A stretch of 63,671 nt of DNA, filler included, from Cercozoa sp. M6MM (lineage: Eukaryota > Protista > Endomyxa: Ascetosporea): assembly GCA_040357565.1 (NCBI GenBank). It is 11 parts of 11 records of this genome, joined end to end, with 100 filler letters (N's around TTAATTAATTAA, not from the genome) between each part and the next. Parts side by side here need not be neighbours in the genome. Positions count along the whole stretch, not along the records: positions 40,786 to 59,650 come from JBDODJ010000223.1; positions 59,751 to 62,520 come from JBDODJ010001699.1; positions 62,621 to 63,671 come from JBDODJ010002202.1; 8 more parts are not named here. One strand, written 5' to 3'. A program made the position numbers and the translations under genes. The notes beneath the pieces were generated by a model. The model was not told the DNA's origin, made no database searches, and was given only the letters and a program-made list of their open reading frames with translations. Below are positions 54,898 through 63,671 of this stretch, one piece after another. Positions within the stretch are counted from its first letter, which is position 1. The number at the start of each line of letters is the position of its first letter.

Positions 54898-57800
54898 ATG
54901 CGCAGAGTTGTCCGTGCTTCACGACGACTTGCAGCATTAGGTAGCTCGAGCAGTAGTTCGCTTTCGGTAGATTTCGTTAAGGCTGCGTCACGACGCGGAC
55001 TGTCTTCTTGCTGCGACTTTTCCGCAATGTCGACGCGTTTTCCGACCTGGCACCGACCGCAGGTGCAAGCGGTCGAGCCGTTGCGCTTGTTGAACTCGCT
55101 AACGGGCCAGAAGGAGGACTTTGTGCCGTCCAACCCCGATGAGGTAGTGGCAAACGACGTTGCTGTTTGTCTGTACCAGCGGCGTGTCCCGTAGGTGACC
55201 TGGTACACGTGCGGTCCGACCGTGTACGACGTGTCGCATTTGGGCCATGCGCGTACGTTCGTGACCTTTGACATCATGCGTCGCATCCTGCAGCGCTACT
55301 TCCGTATGCCGGTAGTGCTTTGATCCAGTGCTGGTTACAGTTCAAAACCTGCCGGTTTAAGGTGTTTGTGTTTAAAGGTGCGCTATGCGATGAACATCAC
55401 GGACGTTGACGACAAGATCATCACGCGTGCGCGGCAGAATCACGTGCTGGCGCTGCTGGTGCAGTCGGGCGCCTCGCATGCCGAACTGATCGCTCTGGCT
55501 GAGGAAGCTTTCAACTGGAAGGCCGACAAGCTCGACAAGTACCACACCTCCTTGCTCTCTCTCATTGAAAACAAGCGTTTCAGATACTGACTGGTACCTC
55601 TGTGTGACAGGTCGGTGGCCAAGGCCAAGGCTTTGGCGGAAGAGGCCGATGCTCGGTACAAGAAGGACCTCATGGAGGAGGCCGACAGCAAACTCTTCCA
55701 GCGCAAGAACGTCGCGCAGGAACTCGTCAAGTTCAACGGTACTTCTTTTCCCTTTTTAAGGGGCTTGGTTTATTAAAATAACTCTATTGCTATCAGACTT
55801 GATCAAGCTGGCCGATGTCGAGGCTGCGCTGAAGATTGCCGCGCCTGTCTCTGCTCAGGTAGCCCGAGTACAAGGCTGAGTACAATGAATGAATTGACAA
55901 CAATGCCTGCAGTTCCTGGACGCCACGCGACGTGCTGAACTCCTGCTGAACGCCAAGTTGGCTTCGCTCGACAACGATCTCGTATTTTGTGGCTTGTTCG
56001 TTTATGACAGCTGTTACATACACTCTGCGTAGAACAAGGCCAAGCAACTCGTGCTGGAGGCTGCTGAACTTGCCACAGTGCGTGCCGAGCGATCGGCCGA
56101 GGTGGACCAAGCCTACTTGGCGCAGGTGCAGAAGGCCAAGGAGGCCAGTGATGCTGCTGCCAGCTACGAAGAACTGATTGGCAATGCCGATGTCATCGTA
56201 TTCTTTACCTTCACTTTTGCTTTGTGTTGTAGCCGGATAATGACTTGCTTGTTTGGACAGACCCTGTTGACTGAGCACGTGGATTTCACTCTCGACTCGG
56301 AGATTTTCCTGCAGCACTCGCAGAAGTTTGAGGCTGCCTTCTGGGATGACATGCGTCGCCTCAACGTGCTGCCGCCTGATCACCTGTACCATCTCACCAT
56401 CTCGAACAACCTTCACTTTGGCTTGATTGAAAGCTTACTTTTGAAACTTCAGCACGCGTGTGACGGAGTTCGTCCCGCAGATTGTCGAGTTCGTGCAGAA
56501 GATCATCTCGCAGGGCCTGGCCTATGCCTCGATCGATGGCAGTGTCTACTTCGATGTTGCTTCCTTCAAGCAGTCGCACGACTACCCCAAGTTGCGACCC
56601 GATCAGATGGGCAACACGGCCGCCATTGCCGATGCCGAGGGTAGCTTTCGTCGATTTCTTTTATACTTGTTTGATTTTTCGTTTTTCTAGGTTCGCTCAC
56701 TGGTGTCGTTGTTGGCAAGAAGTCGCCGCTCGACTTTGCTCGTGACTTCTCTTTCGTTAAACTCGGCTTTTCTTTCATTACGTCTTTTTTTCGCAGTTTG
56801 GAAGGCGAGCAAGGCTGGCGAACCTGCCTGGGACTCTCCTGTATTTTCTCATCTTTCAACTTTGCTTTTTTTGTGTTCCAAAAGTAAAGTTTGCGAGTAC
56901 AGTGGGGTCCTGGTCGTCCCGGTTGGCACATTGAGTGCTCTGTGATGGCGAGCGACGTTTTCGGCACTGAAACGATCGATCTGCACGCTGGCGGTAATTT
57001 TGCGTTTAAAAAGGAAATTTGAAAATACTCTCACTTACTGGTATGACTTATTAGGTGATGATCTTAAGTTCCCGCACCACGACAACGAGCTGTACATTCA
57101 ATTTGTTTGGTTTAGGGTTGTAATTTTCATCCGCGCGGAGGGACAAGTTTGTGTTTAAGTGGTTATGTTTGCAAATTTATATTTCTCATAGGGCGCAGAG
57201 CGAGGCGCACTTCGGCCACCAGCAATGGGTGAACTACTTCCTGCACGCTGGTCGTCTGGACATCCAGGGCCGCAAGATGGCCAAGTCGCTCAAGAACTTT
57301 GTCACGATCGGTGAGTGCCTGGAGGACCACGACTCGAACCACGTGCGTCTGCTTTTCCTCCAACAGTCGTGGAACGGCCGCATGGCATACAGGTATTTTG
57401 AGTTTTGATTTTTTTATTTATTTTCGCTTTTTTTTTGTGCACCCGCGCGGATGATATTTTAGCGATGGTGAGCTTGCGTCGGCTGCTGCCAAGGCCCGTG
57501 CTCTCCGCGAGTTCCTTTTGGTACATTTTGGCTGCTATGTTCCACCCAGGTCAGTTTTGCTTTGGGTTAGCTTTTCTATGTTTGAAAACAGGCTGCTGCG
57601 TACGTGGAGCGCCGGTTCGGCATTTCGTCGCCGCTTCGCTTCGCTCAGGTTTGACTTTGACGATTTCATCCTCTTTTTAGGAAAAAGCATGCAATTTCAG
57701 ACGGTGCAAACCGCCACGGAGAATGATCGCAAATTGGCTGAAGTGCTGCGTGAGACTCGCAGCAAGGTCGACGCTGCTCTGCGTGACTCGATGGATTACA

Positions 57801-59101
57801 AGAACGCCACCAAGGCGCTGTTCGATCTGGTGACTGAAGCCAACAAGAACATTGTGGACGAGTTGAAGCAAGGCGGCTCGCCCAAGGCGCCGCTCATTGC
57901 TGCTGTTGCAGGCTATGTGCGCGAGTTGTTTGACATCTTTGGTGTCGATCTGCCGTCGCTGTTGGGCAGTGATGCCGTCTACGAGTACGAGCAGGACACG
58001 CTGTTCGATCTCGCTGTGGACCTGCGCGATGCGCTGCGTCGTGAGGCGCGCCAGGCACTCAAGGGTCAAGCCAGTCTCGACGACACCGCTAAGGCGCTCG
58101 AACTGCTTAAGGCCGCTCTTGCTTCTACTGAGATTTCGGTGCTTTTCGTCTTGCTTATTTTCTTTGCTTTTACACTAATGTCTGTAGGGCAACATCGTGG
58201 AGGGTTGCAAGTCGTTCGCGCAGTCGGTTGGCGCTGCTCTTGCCGCCGACGAGTCGCCGAAGGTGCTGCTGCAGCTCGCCGATCGCTTCCGCAATGAGCA
58301 GGCCGTCGCACTCGGCATTCGTATTGAGGTAGTCCTCGTGTTATTTTCTTTCAATCTTGATGTTTTATTTGGTTGCTCGGTTTAGGATGTGACGAACGGC
58401 GTGAGCATGTGGAAGAAGCTTGGCGTCAAGGCCATGCAGCAGGAGATTGCCGACCGCCAGCGCGACGAGCTTGTACGTCCTCCATGTACTATCTATATCT
58501 TTTAGCACTTGCACTTTGTTGATGTTGCAGCGCAAGGCGGTCAAGAAGTACCTCGGACAGTGCGAAGAGAGCGAGCGCCAGGTTGCGCAGATGCTGCGGT
58601 ATCTTTCTTTCCTGCCTTTTTCACGAGTCAACGAGACATTGTGTAGCTTCCGTGCCACGCCAGAGGAGGTGCTCCAGGCCTCGGGCAAGTACGGCTCGGA
58701 GAGGTTCGTTTCTTCCTGTACCTAGAGTGACTTGCTTTATCTCCTTTGCTCTTGCTCAGAGACGACAAGGGTCTCCCGACCACGGACGTCGAGGGCGAGC
58801 CGCTCTCGAAGAAGGCGTCTAAGGCCGCCGCCAAGATGATCAACAAGCAGAAGAAGGACCACGCACGATGGCTCAAGGCGCTCGAAAAGGACGACAACCC
58901 GCTGCGAACCTTGGTACCGCCCTCTGCAGACACCCCTTCATGTTTATATTTTGTTTGGCAAAGGTGTCGACGTACCGACGCAACCTGGAAGCGCTGCAGT
59001 GCCTCCAGAACGAGCACGGTGACGATGCCATCAACGCCGCCGTCGTCGCGCAGCTCGCCGAATCGGCCACGCGACTCGCGCACGAGTGCGGTCTCGAGTA
59101 G
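54898..59101 (+). CDS. CARS: Cysteinyl-tRNA synthetase (eukaryotic cytosolic type with presequence-like extension), about 22 introns
   Basis: [88 protein letters not shown]. Confidence 0.97.
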
Positions 59102-59572
59102 TGCTCGGCACGCTGGCGAGAGCTTCAAAACTTCAGTTTCCATATTTGTAGCGTCAGGTAGCTGGTGAGCAGCAGGCCGGTCGGTCAGATAGTACACGAT
59201 ATCGCGTCGTATCGTAAAATAATTAAATTAAAACGCGTGGTCAACCGAACAAGAGGACAGCACAGCAGGTCAGCAGAGCAGCGCAGACGCGTCGTCAATG
59301 TTCCGGGCCAGCGGCACGACACCTTTGTGCGACGCGGTATGTGAGGGGAGAAAGTCAAAAGGCAGTGGTGTACCTGAGGGCTCGCCAGCACTGTCAAAGA
59401 CGCGTTCGACGCAACGGAAGCGCTCATGGAACACGTCCTCTGTCAGAGTGATAGGGGTACTACGATACCTTGGCAGGAGGCAAAGGCGGAAATACTACCT
59501 CCTAGTAGTGCCCTCAGTTGCGTCGATGGTGGCACACCATTCTCCTACACGACAAGGGACGTGAAGGGGCGG

Positions 59573-59650
<78 letters not shown>

Positions 59651-59794
59651 NNNNNNNNNNNNNNNNNNNNNNNNNNNNNNNNNNNNNNNNNNNNTTAATT
59701 AATTAANNNNNNNNNNNNNNNNNNNNNNNNNNNNNNNNNNNNNNNNNNNNATCTCTGTGGTTCCGTCCTGTCTGACTTGAACGTGTTTTTCAGC

Positions 59795-61487
59795 CAACGC
59801 GACGCGCTTCGAAACGCCGGCGCTCGTGCTGGCGTGGAAGCAGCTGCTTGAGGTATACTACCTGTAAGGTACTGTTGTTTTTACGCGTGTGTCTGTATAC
59901 AGGTACTGCGGAGACACCCGCACGACGGTCTGTGCGACGCACTACGCGACGCCATCAAAGGCCGTATCGTTACAGCATGCAAATACCTGTCTGTGTATGT
60001 GTGTGTGTGCATGTGTGTGTGTGTGTCTGTGCAGGTCGTGTGCCGCCCTTCTTGTTGCGTCAACTGCGCAGCATTCCTGCACTCGCAGTCGATGCGAAGG
60101 ATGGCAACAGTGACGATGCCACCTCCGCCGACACACTGCTCAGTGTCGACACCGTCGGTGCCGCTGTGGCGCAGCACGTGGCCGCTGTGGACGCTGCCGA
60201 GGAGAACTGGCGCCAACTCGCCGTCAACCTATTGCAGCAGCTCGGGCAGCCAGTGTACCCCCCCCCCCACTTTGACTTTCAGGCCTCTTGCTCCACCCTA
60301 ATGTGTGTTTATACTGCAGCAACGACGAGGCACTGAGGCGTGTGCGTCCAGTCGATGTGTACGAGGCGTTGGAGGTGACCCTGTGTTGTAACCTTGTATA
60401 TAACCGTATGTACGGTGTGTGTGTACAGCTCGAGCAGAGTGACGTGCTGGAGGACACCTACAGAATGGTCGAATCACGTCGGCGATGCGAGCTGCCTTCC
60501 AGTGTCTGGTGCCCTGCTTCCCCATCATCCCTGCCATGTTGTTACCGTTTGCGCCCCCCCCCCCCCCCGCCGGCACGCGGCGACAGTGGTGCGCCGCAGC
60601 AGTGACGACAACTTTGTTCGCAGTGCCGCTCCGCTCGTTGCTTCCTTGGTACACGCTCTCACAGGCGCGCACGGTGACTCCACCTGTGCAGGTATGTTTA
60701 TGAGCGTAGGCCAATGCGCCGCACTCGGAAATGAGTGACCAGGCACTCGAGCACTGGAAGCAGGTGGTACGGCACGAAACCTCTCTCCCCCATTACTGTC
60801 TGTGTGTCTGTGTTTGTCTGTGTCTGTGCTCTGTGTGTGTGTGTGTGTCGTTGTGCTATATGTGTCGTTGTGCTATGTGTGTCTGTATGTCCCAGGTGAA
60901 GGAGGCAAGCGATGTGCCGAGTCGGCCGGCCTTCCTGCAGATGACGGAACTTGTCGATGTGCTAACGCAGACTGCAGTTCATGCTCCTGTACTTTTCACC
61001 CCTCACCCCTGTACCCCCCGGTTACCCCTCCTATGTTAGTTCTGGACCACCGTGCTGTGTCGTTCCGCAATGACGCAACTGTCATCGTCGCGACGGTCCT
61101 TCCTGCGACAGCGACTGGCGCACCGTCTGGGCGCCTCATCGTACCCTTACCTCCCCTCCTCACGCCTTTTCCACTGACCCTTGACCCTTGTGTTTGCAGA
61201 AGCAACGTGCGAAATTTTGTTCGACGGTGCGCCGTGCTGCGCGAGCCGTTCCACGAGGTACATTAAAGAGTGTGGCCGCCACCTGTACTGCACTTACAGT
61301 CTGTACGGTACGTGTGTACCATAGGGCGAACCGCACTCGTGGCTCGTAGAACTGGCGCGATCGACGCCGATTCTGCCGGGCGAAGATGTCACACTGCTGG
61401 CGCATGTGCTGCTGCCCGAGATTATGTCACTCTCGGACAAAGTGGTACCCTCGGTCGCAGCTATGACTGTCCGCGCGGATCTTCACT

Positions 61488-61535
<48 letters not shown>

Positions 61536-61545
61536 NNNNNNNNNN

Positions 61546-61599
<54 letters not shown>

Positions 61600-62280
61600 C
61601 ACACACACACACACACGCACACACACACACACACAATTTTCTGTAGGACGAAGTGCAGATGCTGCACAGTGTGTGCTACCTCCTGTTGCAGGTAGGAGGC
61701 ACAGGTTATCTATCACACCTTTAGCCCCCTATACACCTGCTGCTGAGCAGTGGCACGGTCTCGACGCCGTGGAGCAGTTGTTGACTTTCGTGGACTCACA
61801 GCGACACTGGCGACACCGAGGGTACCCTCCCTACTTCGTGCATGATGTCTTGTGGGATGACGCGTGTCCTGTGCGGTGTGCTATGACTGTCTGTCGCTAG
61901 GGACACACTGCACTCGCTTCGTACGCTGTGTGCGAGGCACCTGAACGAGCAGTGCAACCTGCGGGTCTCGCTGCCGGATGATGAGGCCATCGAGTGGACT
62001 ACGCACTCGCTGCTGCCCTTCCTGATTCGGTCCGAGGTCTGGAACATCATGTCCGGCCTGCCAGAACTCACTGTAATACATAAGTCCTCCTGGTCCTTGT
62101 GTCCGCACGCGTCTATATGTGCCTGTGGTGCAGAGCAACATCTCGGCGCAGGTGCAGCGAGCCAAGAACACCGCCGGCAATGCTCAGACTCTCCTGGACC
62201 GCGTGCAGACGGCGCAGCAGGAGTACACCGAGCAGCAGGACGCTGTGGAGGCGCTCTTTAGCGCTGCTGACCCCGAATAG
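59795..62280 (+). CDS. Hypothetical helical protein, 5' truncated
   Basis: Many short coding-like exons ending QQDAVEALFSAADPE-TAG; no motif recognised. Confidence 0.5.
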
Positions 62281-62387
62281 ATTTACTTACGTTAGTACGT
62301 ACGTTGGGTCACGAGTACAGTCGAGTAACAGTGCACCACATGTGCGCGTCGAGCTCCCTCTGCCGTCTGTGCCGTTTAGTGTACTCC

Positions 62388-62520
<133 letters not shown>

Positions 62521-62674
62521 NNNNNNNNNNNNNNNNNNNNNNNNNNNNNNNNNNNNNNNNNNNNTTAATTAATTAANNNNNNNNNNNNNNNNNNNNNNNN
62601 NNNNNNNNNNNNNNNNNNNNAGGAGGTTCAGAAGGTAGGGGGTAGGGGGTAAGGGGGATAGGGAGACATACTGA

Positions 62675-63646
62675 CTTGGCAATGTCGCGGCGGAACACGG
62701 CAAAAATGACGCCGACCAACTGTGCACACATAAAGTAACCCCAATACCCCTACCCCTCTACCTTCTTACCTCCCTACCCCCCCCATTTATCCTCATACCG
62801 AACGACGAGGCGTGCGCAAGTCGGCGTGCTGCAACTCGGCATTCACATCCGCGTCAACACTCTCCGAGAGCTGCAGCAGCGACACCAGCAGACTGACTCG
62901 TCCGCGCAGAAGACAGAGGACGAGGAAGCCGAGGAGGTCTCGGAGAGTGTTGACGACGATGTGAATGCCGAGTTGCAGCACGCCGACTTGCGCACGCCTC
63001 GTCGTTCGGTATGAGGATAGGGGGGGGGGGTGGGTAAAGGGGCAAAGGGGTAAGGGGGGTAAAGACGATACCCTTGTCGGCCTCCATGTCGGCGCCGTAG
63101 TAGTAGTGATCGAATTTGCTGCAGCAGCAAACAGGGAGGGGGGTAAACAGGGGGGGTAAAGGGGGGGGGGGGTAAAGTCACCACATCAGCGTGGCAGTTT
63201 GGTCATCCTTGGCGAGTCCAGCGAACTGATTCTCGTGCAGCTTCTTCTCGCGGTAGCCTGCGTCCATACATGAACATATGGGCAGTCCAAATGGGCAGTC
63301 CAAATGAGGCAGTCCAAGTGGACGGTACCAGTGCGGAACAACTCATTCATCCATGAGAAGGTCAACAACGAGAAGAACGACGCTTCCTCCTCCTCGTTCG
63401 CAACTGCGAGGGTAAGGGGTAAGAAGCTAAGAGGGGTGGGGGGGGGTAAACGTACCAGGTTGCTTTAAGTCGCACGGAACCTCAAAGTTCACCTCGTCGT
63501 CCATGTCCAAACAGCGCTCTTCCAACTGCAGAACACGTTGTTTACCCCTTCCCCACACCCTTAAAGGAAAGTGATACAGTCGACTCCTGCGGCACGAGCG
63601 ACACCACGTCGGATCGACGCTTCATTATCACCAGCGGAATGTACCT
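62675..63646 (-). CDS. ABC transporter C family (MRP-like), N-terminal lasso region, partial
   Basis: EEEASFFSLLTFSWMNELFRTG/YREKKLHENQF...LAKDD...SLVGVIFAVFRR matches the ABCC L0 motif. Confidence 0.8.
62788..63019. repeat. 82-bp inverted repeat (80/82 match) with 68-nt loop
   Basis: 62788-62869 is the reverse complement of 62938-63019 except for 2 adjacent bases. Confidence 0.95.
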
Positions 63647-63671
63647 AGAGGGGGGGGGGGGAAAAAAGGAG

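Overview
Gene-dense, intron-rich eukaryotic (protist-like) nuclear DNA with short GT-AG introns (mostly about 50-100 nt). It is at least 11 contigs joined by artificial N-TTAATTAATTAA-N spacers, so adjacency across spacers is not real. Recognisable genes: an A-T-R carboxylic-acid-reductase (NRPS-like) enzyme with an N-terminal ZZ-type zinc finger, two ankyrin proteins, NDUFA12, a NIPA-family transporter, a paladin-like phosphatase, an SLC35F transporter, mitochondrial IF2 and EF-Ts, BOP1/Erb1, TIM17, a Frizzled/cAR-like 7TM receptor, a Cid1/TUTase-family nucleotidyltransferase, an RS-rich protein, cysteinyl-tRNA synthetase and an ABCC transporter. RNA genes: U6 snRNA and a U49-like box C/D snoRNA. 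The strongest unexplained signal is the 10-bp palindrome TCCGCGCGGA (extended consensus CNTCCGCGCGGANG), with 10 exact copies on 7 independent contigs, in both introns and exons. This resembles a eukaryotic version of a highly iterated palindrome. Other highlights are the ZZ-CAR architecture, an 82-bp inverted repeat that appears to flip part of an ABCC exon, and 5' splice sites that almost lack +5G. All gene models were spliced by eye; boundaries are approximate and no database searches were run.
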